Below, piece by piece: positions 38,015 to 46,680 of a stretch of DNA of 64,000 nucleotides. The stretch covers positions 1 to 64,000 of IMG/VR virus record IMGVR_UViG_3300025728_000001; one strand, given 5' to 3'. Both the position numbers and the translations under genes were made by a program. The notes below the pieces were generated by a model. That model made no database searches. It was not told the origin of the DNA and saw nothing but the letters and a program-made list of their open reading frames with translations. This DNA comes from a virus. Every line of letters begins with the position of its first letter. The stretch's first letter is position 1.

Positions 38015-38220
38015 CTTCCCCGGTCGTTACCCGTAACCACACTGGCCATCGCGTTGGCGCCTGTCACCAGAACGCCAATCTAACCACCGCGCAGGTTGAG
38101 GCCATTCGTGCGGACTACGCCGCCAAACGGGGCGGTTACATCGTACTGGGCCGCCTACACGGCTGCGGAGCTTCGACAGTCCGCGACATTGTTCTATTCA
38201 GAACGCGCTGGGCTGCATAA
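38011..38220 (+). CDS. small HTH protein
   Basis: ANLTTAQVEAIR...LGRLHG..ASTVRDIV..RTR. Confidence 0.6.
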   Translation: MTSPVVTRNHTGHRVGACHQNANLTTAQVEAIRADYAAKRGGYIVLGRLHGCGASTVRDIVLFRTRWAA

Positions 38221-38255
38221 GCGCTTACAACCCCTTAACCGTCTGGAAACCTCAA

Positions 38256-39353
38256 ATGAACCAAGAGCAGGAAAACAAGCTGTCGGCTGATATCGCCGGA
38301 TGCCTGAAAGACCACGTTTACACCGAATTGACCAATGCGAATGGCGTTGAAGTGTGGCGCTGCCAGAAGCCTGGTAGCCACAATCTGGCGTTCGATATCT
38401 GTGTGACCCGCTACGGCACGGCGGTATTTGGCGATATCGGGCACCTGACCTTCGATATCGACGCCCGCTATGGCATTCATTACCTCGCCAATACCGGCTA
38501 CAGCAACCTGCACGGGAAGCTGGCGGCGTCCTGCAAGGAAGAGTGGATAGACCTGGACGCGATTCTAGATACCGTGCGTGATTGCATTTATACGGCGCTG
38601 GATGATGAAGAGGTCGAATATCCAGGGGGTATGGATATCAAGTCGTTGATCGGTTGGCTGGGAGCTACGGCCAAGAAGCGCGAAGAATCGGATTTGCCGC
38701 TTGAAGAGTGGGCCGATTTGCTGGATACCGTAGGCCGTTTTGACACTGAAACGGCTCGCGACATTGTGCCGGCCTTTGACCTGCTGGCCGAAAGCGAAGA
38801 GCTGTTACGCACCAGCGACCTGTGGGAATCGACATTCTCCAAACCATCCGATCATGTCTGGCGCAAGATTTTCTATGTGCAGCACGCGGCCAACGCCATC
38901 ATGGCTCAGAAGGCCGCGGCCGAGGACGCTGCACTGGCGCCTGAGTACTGCTACGCACTGGGGCCGGCTGATGAGCGTTGGAGTAGTGACAGCCTGGCGT
39001 CGTATGTGAGCGACCACGAATTGCCTATGGGCGCCGTGATCCAGCGAGCGGTGATATCCCGTAGTAGCGCAAGCAGCTTCCTGCCTGATGCCAGTGACGT
39101 GATTGAGCACATGGCGAACGCAGCAGATGACGAGAACAGCGAGTTTGCCGATGGCTTCCCGAACGAAACAAAAGAACAGAAGGCCGAGCTTGAGCGCCTG
39201 TTGAAGCCGCTGCAATCCTGGGCAGACCGCACGTTCGATGTGAGCTTCTACACCATCGAGAACGACAGTATTGAGTCCTACGTCGTGACTGCTGAGGACG
39301 TGGCCGCCGGTGAGGCGTACCGCAAGACCCTGGAAACGGAGGTTGCGGCATGA
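38256..39353 (+). CDS. conserved phage protein
   Basis: 365-aa acidic ORF, FDI..T.YG.AV.GD.G. Confidence 0.7.
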   Translation: MNQEQENKLSADIAGCLKDHVYTELTNANGVEVWRCQKPGSHNLAFDICVTRYGTAVFGDIGHLTFDIDARYGIHYLANTGYSNLHGKLAASCKEEWIDLDAILDTVRDCIYTALDDEEVEYPGGMDIKSLIGWLGATAKKREESDLPLEEWADLLDTVGRFDTETARDIVPAFDLLAESEELLRTSDLWESTFSKPSDHVWRKIFYVQHAANAIMAQKAAAEDAALAPEYCYALGPADERWSSDSLASYVSDHELPMGAVIQRAVISRSSASSFLPDASDVIEHMANAADDENSEFADGFPNETKEQKAELERLLKPLQSWADRTFDVSFYTIENDSIESYVVTAEDVAAGEAYRKTLETEVAA

Positions 39354-39790
39354 CTGCTACAGCCGAAAAGACGGTTGTTATCGAGACGGCAAAGCTTGAA
39401 GGCCTGGCGCTTGAGTGGGCGGTAGGCAAAGCGCGCAGTCCTGCGCCTGGCTACAAGCTGGCTTATTTGCGCCCGGCGTTCATCGACGAGAACAACCGGC
39501 CATCCGTCGTGTACATGTCCATGGCTGACGGGATCGCCACGCCATGGCAACCGCTCAGTGACGGTAATCAGGCGTGGGAGCTGGTGGACGCTCATATCAA
39601 GCGCCTGGGTGACTGTGCGGCGCCTGTGAACGGCTGGGACGCTATCCCTGAGGGTAAGCAGTACTTTGCAATGAATCATGACAGCGACATGGCCTTTGGA
39701 TCGACCAAGCGCATTGCAGTGTGTCGTGCTGTTGTGCTGGCCAAGCTGGGAACTTCGGTGGAAGTGCCGGCGGTGTTGGTGTCGCAATGA
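39350..39790 (+). CDS. DUF2591 / NinX-like phage protein
   Basis: LEGLALEWAV...AVCRAVVLAKLG..VEVP. Confidence 0.7.
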   Translation: MTATAEKTVVIETAKLEGLALEWAVGKARSPAPGYKLAYLRPAFIDENNRPSVVYMSMADGIATPWQPLSDGNQAWELVDAHIKRLGDCAAPVNGWDAIPEGKQYFAMNHDSDMAFGSTKRIAVCRAVVLAKLGTSVEVPAVLVSQ

Positions 39791-40068
39791 CCAAGTACGT
39801 GGCGGTCCCTCACGTCGCGCTGAGCTCTCAGGTAGATGGCGAATGGGTGAATGTCGGCACTGTCGCGCATTTGGGCTATCCCCAGCCCTGGCCGTCCGCC
39901 GGCGCAGTGGTGCTGTACGAAGAGTATGCCGAGATTCACGACCGCGTGTTTGAGGCGGTAAAGCCTGGCGCTCTCACCAAGCTAATCGCCGGGCAGAAAA
40001 AGCCGCCGCAGGAATGCCAACCAACCAAAAGCCACCCGTTAGTTGACCGCTGGGGACGCCTGAAATGA
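39787..40068 (+). CDS. hypothetical phage protein
   Basis: ATGA-coupled. Confidence 0.55.
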   Translation: MTKYVAVPHVALSSQVDGEWVNVGTVAHLGYPQPWPSAGAVVLYEEYAEIHDRVFEAVKPGALTKLIAGQKKPPQECQPTKSHPLVDRWGRLK

Positions 40069-40859
40069 CCGAATACACCAAATCGAAAGAGTTGCAGCTG
40101 CTTGAGCTTGCAGGGAAGGCGCTCGCACTGTCGCACGCCATGTACTACGAAGCCTGTCCTGATGATGGCTTCCCTATGCCCTATGCCAAGCTGGGGAAGA
40201 GTCATTACTGGAATCCGTACTGTGATGACGGGGACTCAATGCGCGGTGCTGTTCTCAAGGGCTTGAATCTCCATACTGAGCAAGAGCCTGCTGGTACGGC
40301 GTATTGCACCGATCACGCTGGCCACCTCTACCCATCGGCTTATGCGGAGGTCGGGGCGAATCGTGTGGCTGCTTACTACGAGGCTGCACGTCGGGCCATC
40401 GTGCTGGCGCTGGCCGAGATAGGGGCATCGCTCGCGTCCGCGGACTTGGTTGAAGCGGACGCGGCGCCCGAGCCCGACCGTAAAGACTTCGAAGACAAAT
40501 GCCTGGTGCTGGCTGTGAAGCACTACGGATACGAGCCAGGTGACGCGCTATTGAAATCTATCCTTGAGCGCCGCGCCAATGATCGTTACATGCTGCCGTG
40601 GGTAGATGGCGCATGGATTGGCTACCAGGCTGCCATTGAGCCGGTGTCGGTGATTACTATCGATCAGCCAACCCTTGACCGCATGTATGAGCGGACCAAG
40701 GCGTTGATCGACGCCGGGGAGCCCCGCTTTATGGTGGTCCTGCCGAGGCCGTTCATGAGCGGGTACACCGAGAGCGGCAACTGTCCGGCAACCGATCTGT
40801 ACAGTTTCGATGACGTTAAATCCGCCATTGAAGCCGCCGGCGGGACGGTGACGAAATGA
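40065..40859 (+). CDS. modular phage protein
   Basis: ELLELA.KA...WNP..DDGD...RRAIV module. Confidence 0.65.
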   Translation: MTEYTKSKELQLLELAGKALALSHAMYYEACPDDGFPMPYAKLGKSHYWNPYCDDGDSMRGAVLKGLNLHTEQEPAGTAYCTDHAGHLYPSAYAEVGANRVAAYYEAARRAIVLALAEIGASLASADLVEADAAPEPDRKDFEDKCLVLAVKHYGYEPGDALLKSILERRANDRYMLPWVDGAWIGYQAAIEPVSVITIDQPTLDRMYERTKALIDAGEPRFMVVLPRPFMSGYTESGNCPATDLYSFDDVKSAIEAAGGTVTK

Positions 40860-41122
40860 CCGACAAGATTCGCGAAGAGTTTGAGCGTACCAGCGCCCGC
40901 GACCATCGCCGCCAGCCACCGAAGGGCAATAACTACATCGATCCAATGGCCCAGGCTGACTGGGATTCGTTCCAGAAGGGCTGGATGCAGTCCCGCGCTG
41001 CAATGGTGGTGGAACTGCCGAAGGGCGGAAGCATGTGGAACGACGAGCCCATTGAAATTAAGCGTAGTGACGCGGTGGCAGCGATTGAAGCCGCTGGCGG
41101 CACTGTGAAGGTGAAATCATGA
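40856..41122 (+). CDS. hypothetical phage protein
   Basis: MTDKIREEFE...AIEAAGG. Confidence 0.65.
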   Translation: MTDKIREEFERTSARDHRRQPPKGNNYIDPMAQADWDSFQKGWMQSRAAMVVELPKGGSMWNDEPIEIKRSDAVAAIEAAGGTVKVKS

Positions 41123-41502
41123 ATACCGTTCCTGTGCTTGTGGATGTCGCTGTAAAGGATCTATCAGGGGCTGCGCTTGATTGGGCCATAGCTGTATCGG
41201 GATGCGTGACTGTTGAGGGAAATGGTTTGAGGTTCGATCTGCTGCATCGTCCGACCGTGGGCGGCGACTTTTCGATGCCTTACCAGCCCTCCACCAATTG
41301 GAGCCAAGCCGGCCCGCTGATCGACAAGTACAAGGCGTGCTTTGCTGCCTATGACTACGGGTACCTGTGCCTGTTGGCGCATAACGACCTGCACCACGGC
41401 CAAGGGAAAGGCCCGGACCACCTTACAGCCGCCTGCCGCGCCATTGTCGCCGCTCACCTTGGCGATATCGTCAAAGTCCCTCACTGCCTGGTGATGCCAT
41501 GA
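41119..41502 (+). CDS. DUF2591 / NinX-like phage protein
   Basis: LSGAALDWAI, PSTNWSQAGPLI, AACRAIV..LG..V.VP. Confidence 0.75.
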   Translation: MNTVPVLVDVAVKDLSGAALDWAIAVSGCVTVEGNGLRFDLLHRPTVGGDFSMPYQPSTNWSQAGPLIDKYKACFAAYDYGYLCLLAHNDLHHGQGKGPDHLTAACRAIVAAHLGDIVKVPHCLVMP

Positions 41503-41864
41503 GAAACCACAATCAAGAATTGTTGACCTTTGCTGCCAAGGCTATCGGCCAAGGCCCGAGCGGCACCTATTACGCGGATGGTGGGTGGTCGCCTAGCGTC
41601 GAGCGCAGTTTCAAGCCCTCCAGTGGTATCGGTAGCGTCTCTGTAGAGGCCGGCTGGGATCCGACGAGCGACGACGGCGCCTGTGCTCGCTTGGAGGCTG
41701 CTCTGTTGCTGTCCGTCATATGGGGTGAAAGCGAGGTGAGTATCCAGTACCAGGGGCAGACCTTGAGCGCGGCGGCTTATGAAGCGTACAGGGGTGATCG
41801 AAACATGGCCCGACGTTATGCCTCTGTTAACGCTGCCGCGATGATTGGGAGAGCCATGCAATGA
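41499..41864 (+). CDS. phage protein, paralog of the 40065 N-terminal module
   Basis: ELLTFAAKAIG...WDPTSDDG. Confidence 0.65.
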   Translation: MRNHNQELLTFAAKAIGQGPSGTYYADGGWSPSVERSFKPSSGIGSVSVEAGWDPTSDDGACARLEAALLLSVIWGESEVSIQYQGQTLSAAAYEAYRGDRNMARRYASVNAAAMIGRAMQ

Positions 41865-42217
41865 AAGTGTTCGAAATTGAACTGACCGTGACGGCCGTAG
41901 TGGCGGCTGAGAGTGAATTCTCAGCTGAGCAGTGGGCGGATCTGAATATGGTCGAGATTTGTAACGGTTCTACAGTGCTGGCCACCAGCTCCCGCGAAAT
42001 CACGACGCGTGCCGAGCTGGATACGGTGGAGAACGGCCAGTGGAACGACGCCCAGCCGTATGGTCTGCCGTCGGGTGATAAGCGCCAGATCGTCGACCTG
42101 CTGCCGTTCGATCCTGACGCACCGTATCGCTGTGAGCAGACGGTGGACATGTTTTCGCCTAATCCAGTCACCGCCGGCATAGATCGGGATACGACGGGGG
42201 CGATTGGTCAGCCATGA
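41861..42217 (+). CDS. hypothetical phage protein
   Basis: ATGA-coupled. Confidence 0.6.
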   Translation: MKVFEIELTVTAVVAAESEFSAEQWADLNMVEICNGSTVLATSSREITTRAELDTVENGQWNDAQPYGLPSGDKRQIVDLLPFDPDAPYRCEQTVDMFSPNPVTAGIDRDTTGAIGQP

Positions 42218-42585
42218 GACTCAAGAAGGCCGAGCGGGCGTTGCTGCGCGAGAAGTTCGGCGGGCATTGCGCCTACTGCGGGATCGAGCTGGAAGGCAAC
42301 AAGTGGCATGAGGACCATGTAGACCCGATCATTCGCCAGGTGGAAAAGCCGACCGAACGCCCGGAGAACCATCACATGGACAACATGATGCCGGCATGCG
42401 CGCCCTGCAATCTCAGCAAGGGACGCCAAGAGCTGGAAGGCTGGCGTTTGTGGCTGGCGGGGCATGTGAACAGCCTTAACGAGTACCACGGTATCTACCG
42501 CATGGCGAAGGCTTACGGCCTGGTAGTCGAGACGGCGGCGCCGGTGGTGTTCTATTTCGAGCGCGTCGGCCTGGCCGCTCATTAA
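42214..42585 (+). CDS. HNH endonuclease
   Basis: CAYCG, DHVDP, N..PACAPCNLSKG. Confidence 0.9.
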   Translation: MRLKKAERALLREKFGGHCAYCGIELEGNKWHEDHVDPIIRQVEKPTERPENHHMDNMMPACAPCNLSKGRQELEGWRLWLAGHVNSLNEYHGIYRMAKAYGLVVETAAPVVFYFERVGLAAH

Positions 42586-42601
42586 AACCAAAGGAGTAGG
42601 T

Positions 42602-42967
42602 ATGGACCTGTTCAAAAATGCTTGCTGGCTGCATCTGAGCTTCGCCATCAACCGCTATTTGATGGCCAACGCTGACGGCCGCCAGGATGGTCACGAGAAG
42701 GCTCAGCGACATTTGGAGCTGTGCTACTTCTACCTTGCAGCGTTTAAAGGCGTTGATATTGATCAGGCGCGGATCGACTTCATAGACGAATACCTGGCGC
42801 TGCATGAACACACCCAAGCGCTTACCGACTACCTGGATGAGCAGATAGGGTTCCCGCTCAAGGGGCGGCCAGACTACGACAAGCTTGCGCCGATGTTCTT
42901 CGAAAAATTCCACGCGCTGGCTATGGAATCCCTCGCTGCTCTAGTGCCAGCCACCACGAACGCGTAA
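42602..42967 (+). CDS. hypothetical phage protein
   Basis: AAGGAG RBS; followed by a terminator-like hairpin. Confidence 0.65.
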   Translation: MDLFKNACWLHLSFAINRYLMANADGRQDGHEKAQRHLELCYFYLAAFKGVDIDQARIDFIDEYLALHEHTQALTDYLDEQIGFPLKGRPDYDKLAPMFFEKFHALAMESLAALVPATTNA

Positions 42968-42979
42968 CCGATCGATTCA

Positions 42980-43021
42980 TGCAAAGGGCGCCCAAGCTGG
43001 CGCCCTTTTTGTTGGGAAAAT
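42980..43021 (+). promoter_or_regulatory. late-promoter motif before PD-(D/E)xK nuclease
   Basis: TGCAAA-N30-GAAAAT. Confidence 0.6.
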
Positions 43022-43027
43022 GCGGCC

Positions 43028-43558
43028 ATGACTAGATGGATAAGCGACGATCACTTGAAGAGCCTCCCGGCCGCCATGACGCGGCGTGCGCTGGGTGGTG
43101 TTGCCTCGACACCTGCGGCCAGGAAGCCGGCGAGCCGGGCCACGGCCAAGACTGTGCAGATTCCTGAGCCGGTGGTGGCTACCGTTCCCGCTCCCACGGC
43201 AAAGCAGCGTATGCAGGCCAAGGGGCGCTTGCCGAAAGGGGTGATGAACGCCACCGAAACCCGGTACGCGGCGCACCTGGACGAGTTGAAGCTGGTCGGG
43301 GAGGTTGTGTGGTGGCGTTTCGAGCCGGTGAAGCTGTTACTGGCGCCGCTCACTACCCTGACGCCTGATTTCATGGTGCAGCTCGCTGACGGCGCGCTAG
43401 AAATGCACGACGTGAAGGGGGCGAAGGCCATCTACGAGGATGACGCCAAGGTCAAGATGAAGGTGGCCGCCAAGGAATACCCCTTTGTGTTCCGTGTGGT
43501 GTTCCCCAAGGCCAAGAAGGACGGCGGCGGGTGGTTGATTGAGCAGGTTGGTGAATGA
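43028..43558 (+). CDS. PD-(D/E)xK endonuclease (DUF1064-like, possible resolvase)
   Basis: MNATETRYA.HL, TPDF, HDVKG, K.KVAA..YP. Confidence 0.8.
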   Translation: MTRWISDDHLKSLPAAMTRRALGGVASTPAARKPASRATAKTVQIPEPVVATVPAPTAKQRMQAKGRLPKGVMNATETRYAAHLDELKLVGEVVWWRFEPVKLLLAPLTTLTPDFMVQLADGALEMHDVKGAKAIYEDDAKVKMKVAAKEYPFVFRVVFPKAKKDGGGWLIEQVGE

Positions 43559-43833
43559 GCGGGCCACAGCCTCCCGAGGTGCTGGCCGCCCACGAACGAT
43601 ACGTTAGCCATATCATGTTTTGCGTTGTTTGTTTTGCCCCAAAAAAGCGCCATTGTCCTACAGGATTGGCATTGCGGGTGGAGTACGACGCCCGTTTTTT
43701 AATGACCATTTCCGACCTTCGCTGGCGCCGAATCCTGTTGCAGCGCGAGGTCGAGCAAAACCCGGCAAATGCTGACGGGCTCAAGGACCGCGTTATAGAG
43801 CTGTACAACGAAGAACAGGGCGAGGCGCAATAG
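43555..43833 (+). CDS. small Cys/His protein
   Basis: H...CVVC...C. Confidence 0.55.
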   Translation: MSGPQPPEVLAAHERYVSHIMFCVVCFAPKKRHCPTGLALRVEYDARFLMTISDLRWRRILLQREVEQNPANADGLKDRVIELYNEEQGEAQ

Positions 43834-43887
43834 GTTGTCAGTTTTCCCGCGTCAATAGCTAAGCTCTTGCGCCTTTTTGGCTTGCTA

Positions 43888-43905
43888 AATGTATAGGGAT
43901 ACTTT
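43888..43905 (+). promoter_or_regulatory. operator-like 18-bp repeat AATGTATAGGGATACTTT, copy 1
   Basis: Identical to 54539-54556; both intergenic, upstream of regulator genes. Confidence 0.6.
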
Positions 43906-43945
43906 CTAATCGCCGACGTTGAGACGTGCCGGGGAGGGTGCCTAG

Positions 43946-44704
43946 ATGGATGGGAACAAAACAATCGCAGCGGCTACTACAGAGCAGGAAGGCGCCGCGC
44001 CTGGCGATACCCAGCCGTCGGTGCTCTCGCTGTTTTGTGAGTCGGAGGATTTGGGGGTTGGTGCTGGCAAGAGCGAGCGTCGGCGGGCCGAAGAGGCCAA
44101 GCTGATGGCCGTTATGGGTGCCAAGCTGCGCCGGGCGCGCAAGGCTGCCGGACTGAGCGCGAATGACGCGGGGCTGGCACTGGCACAAGAAGGGATGACC
44201 ATGATCAGCCTGTACGAGAATGGCCATCGTCTGCCCAGCCTTACTAACATTCGTTTAATGGCACAATTGTACGGCGTGACCACCGATTACCTGTTGGACA
44301 TGCACGACGACGTTGTGGCCCGGCCAGAAGACGGCAATCAGGCTGTTCTAAAGGGAATTATCAGTACCTCCCTAATGGGCCAGTTTGGCCAGTTCGTAGA
44401 TGTCATGTCCCGCCGCAACTCCGTAATGATCGAGGCCCTGAGCTTGGATCGCGCCCTGTTGTCCAGCCTGGCCGTCGTCGCCACTGATCTGGTCAGCGCT
44501 TTAAACGTCGTCAAAACCCACGCCCCCGAGTTCGAAGAGATTCGCGGAGGTGCAAAGCTCGTCCGTTTGGTCGGTGAGCTGCATGTGAGTATGTCCGAAC
44601 AGATACGCCGCCGAGCGCGCGAGGAAGCCATGGCCGATTACGAGCCCTTCTATCCCGCGCCGGACCAGATTGCAGAGAAGGTGCAGCAGTTCTTTTTGTT
44701 TTAG
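43946..44704 (+). CDS. XRE-family HTH transcriptional regulator
   Basis: LRRARKAAGLS...ISLYENGHRLPS...LYGVTTDYLL. Confidence 0.88.
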   Translation: MDGNKTIAAATTEQEGAAPGDTQPSVLSLFCESEDLGVGAGKSERRRAEEAKLMAVMGAKLRRARKAAGLSANDAGLALAQEGMTMISLYENGHRLPSLTNIRLMAQLYGVTTDYLLDMHDDVVARPEDGNQAVLKGIISTSLMGQFGQFVDVMSRRNSVMIEALSLDRALLSSLAVVATDLVSALNVVKTHAPEFEEIRGGAKLVRLVGELHVSMSEQIRRRAREEAMADYEPFYPAPDQIAEKVQQFFLF

Positions 44705-44727
44705 AAGGTGGATACACGGGCTGGAGA

Positions 44728-45251
44728 GGTGGACGCGTATAGCCCTGCGTGGCGTCCACTGGCTTGACCAGCTGGTTAACGGGGGCAGTGGTACCCCCGC
44801 AAGCTTGAACTCGATCAGGCTTGCGGGTTTCTAAAGGAGTACGCATACCGGAGCGCTTTGTGAAGAGCACTGCGGTATGCAGTAGGCCGAAAGGTGAGCA
44901 AGCATGGCCGGGGCTTCCTACCGGTTGTAGAGGCGCCAGTAACGCGGGTTGACCATGCGCCTAAGCGCGTTACCTGCTGCATTTCGAATTTGCGCTCTGC
45001 GCGGATAGCTTGGCCTCCTTAAGGGGCATGTGATGCGGTCGCTCGTCGTTGGTGGTCAGGTGTGCGGTTTGCACTCGGCATATAGCGTCCTTAGACAGTG
45101 CGCTGAAACACCGCGGCATGGATAACCGACAGGGAGAAAGGTATTACCACCTTTGCGGCGCCGATCAGTAGCGTTCCCGTTGGCTGATAGTGGTGGGGGT
45201 CTACCAGGACCAACGCCCAAAAGAATGGCCCGCTCTGCGGGCTATTTTTTT
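44728..45251 (+). ncRNA. candidate large structured non-coding RNA (about 420-520 nt)
   Basis: 618-nt gene-free interval with at least 12 stems, GNRA loops, G-U pairs, long-range pairing and a 3' terminator. Confidence 0.7.
45226..45251 (+). terminator. intrinsic terminator
   Basis: TGGCCCGC-TCT-GCGGGCTA then T7. Confidence 0.8.
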
Positions 45252-45322
45252 AAGGTGAAGCGCAAGAAGTTGGCCGCGTTACCACGGCTGACAGCGAACA
45301 TATTACGCATTAGGGATAACAG

Positions 45323-46396
45323 ATGCCGCGCAAGCCAGAGAGTGATAAACCTGCGATGTCGAGGGATGATTTATCCCCGTCCAAGGCTCCGGCGCGTGAT
45401 CGAAAACCTGCAAAACCGCGCGCGGCTAATGCCAACACGGTGCAAAGCAGCAAAAAGCCGGCCACCACGGAAACTAAAAAGCCCGTGAAAGCTGCTGCTA
45501 AACCTGCCGCTAAACGCAAGCCTCGCAGTGCGGCCACGATTGGAAGGACTGCGATCAAGAACCCGGTAAAGCTCCCCCCTAAGGCCCAGCAAGCCATTGA
45601 TATCTCTGCGTTTCAAGGGCTCGACGCCCGACAGGCGAAGTTCGTGGATCTGTGGCTGGTCACCTACAACGGGGCTCAGTCCTACCGGGACGCGGGTTAC
45701 AAGTGCAAGAACGACAACGTTGCGCGGGTGGGTGCCCACAAACTGCTAACTAAGGTTAAAAACCACCCGTATACGCTCGCTCGACAGGTTGAACTGTTCT
45801 CACGCACCGCCGATGTGCAAAACCAGATCGTCGCCACCTTCCACGCCGCCTCCTTTGCCGATCCGCGGGAACTGGTCGAGTACGTGCGCCGGTGCTGCCG
45901 CTATTGCTATGGCATCGATCACAAGTTTCAGCTGCGCCCCAGTGAAATGGAGCGCCGCCGCCAGCAGTACGAGGCGGACAAAACCGCCCTCAAGGCCGAG
46001 GGCAAGGAAATTGGCGAGTTCGACGAGCTGGGTGGTGTGGGCTACGACGGCAAGAAGTCGCCCAACTACGATTGCCCCGAGTGCGACGGCGAAGGCGAAG
46101 GCCGCGCACTGTTCAAAGACAGCTCCACCCTGTCCCCTGCTGCCCTGACGCTGTACGAGGGCGTGAAAGAGGGCAAGGACGGTACCGAAATGAAGGTGGC
46201 CAGCCAGAAAGGCTATCGCGACTCCCTGGCGAAGCTGTTCAACATGAACGTAGAGCCGGCGGTAACAGTGACGCTGGGTATCAGTGAAGAGAAGTTAGAG
46301 GAAATCCTGGCGATAGCTGAGGCGAACACTCAGAAGAATCGCGAGGCCATGTCAGCCCGCGCCGAAGAGCTGGCCAAGATAGGGATTGTGTCGTGA
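45323..46396 (+). CDS. terminase small subunit (P1 PacA-like, zinc-finger insert)
   Basis: QAKFVD..L...NGAQSY..AGY terS HTH; DPRELV; CRYC and CPECDGEG. Confidence 0.85.
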   Translation: MPRKPESDKPAMSRDDLSPSKAPARDRKPAKPRAANANTVQSSKKPATTETKKPVKAAAKPAAKRKPRSAATIGRTAIKNPVKLPPKAQQAIDISAFQGLDARQAKFVDLWLVTYNGAQSYRDAGYKCKNDNVARVGAHKLLTKVKNHPYTLARQVELFSRTADVQNQIVATFHAASFADPRELVEYVRRCCRYCYGIDHKFQLRPSEMERRRQQYEADKTALKAEGKEIGEFDELGGVGYDGKKSPNYDCPECDGEGEGRALFKDSSTLSPAALTLYEGVKEGKDGTEMKVASQKGYRDSLAKLFNMNVEPAVTVTLGISEEKLEEILAIAEANTQKNREAMSARAEELAKIGIVS

Positions 46397-46674
46397 AGCA
46401 TCCAGGCCCGACTGCGGCCGATGTTAAGCATTCACGCGTTACCACGGGCCTAAGCCAGCGAGCGAGCGCCGCCCTGATCCACGTCAGCCGGAGAGCCTGG
46501 CAGACGTATGAAGACGGGACGGTTGTGATGAAGCTTGGCCTGTGGGAGCTGTACCAGTTCAAGACCGGACAAATATGGGTCTGTCCGCTGCCAGTGAAGG
46601 GCGCGAAGCGGGCGACATTACGCCAGGGTAGGCAAGAAAACTTAACGCCATTCAAGGCTAAGTCACAGGAGTAG
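46393..46674 (+). CDS. small XRE HTH protein
   Basis: GLSQRASAALIHVSRRAWQTYEDG. Confidence 0.7.
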   Translation: MKHPGPTAADVKHSRVTTGLSQRASAALIHVSRRAWQTYEDGTVVMKLGLWELYQFKTGQIWVCPLPVKGAKRATLRQGRQENLTPFKAKSQE

Positions 46675-46680
46675 GTACAC

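Noticed and set aside
45261-45304. Late-promoter motif before terS
   Set aside because: CGCAAG with best -10 boxes at N29 or N32 does not fit the strict pattern
44705-45322. tRNA cluster, tmRNA or CRISPR array in the long intergenic region
   Set aside because: No T-loop GGTTCRA with acceptor stem, no tmRNA termini and no repeat-spacer periodicity
45311-45322. TAGGGATAACAG, start of an I-SceI site
   Set aside because: Only 12 of 18 bases; coincides with the terS RBS; no sign of engineering
44511-45488. ORFs 44511-44870 (-) and 45153-45488 (+)
   Set aside because: They overlap real genes, lack an RBS, and the second crosses a terminator; treated as spurious
45323-46396. P1-type Dam-regulated pac site in terS
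   Set aside because: No cluster of TGATCA/G hexamers; GATC sites are scattered
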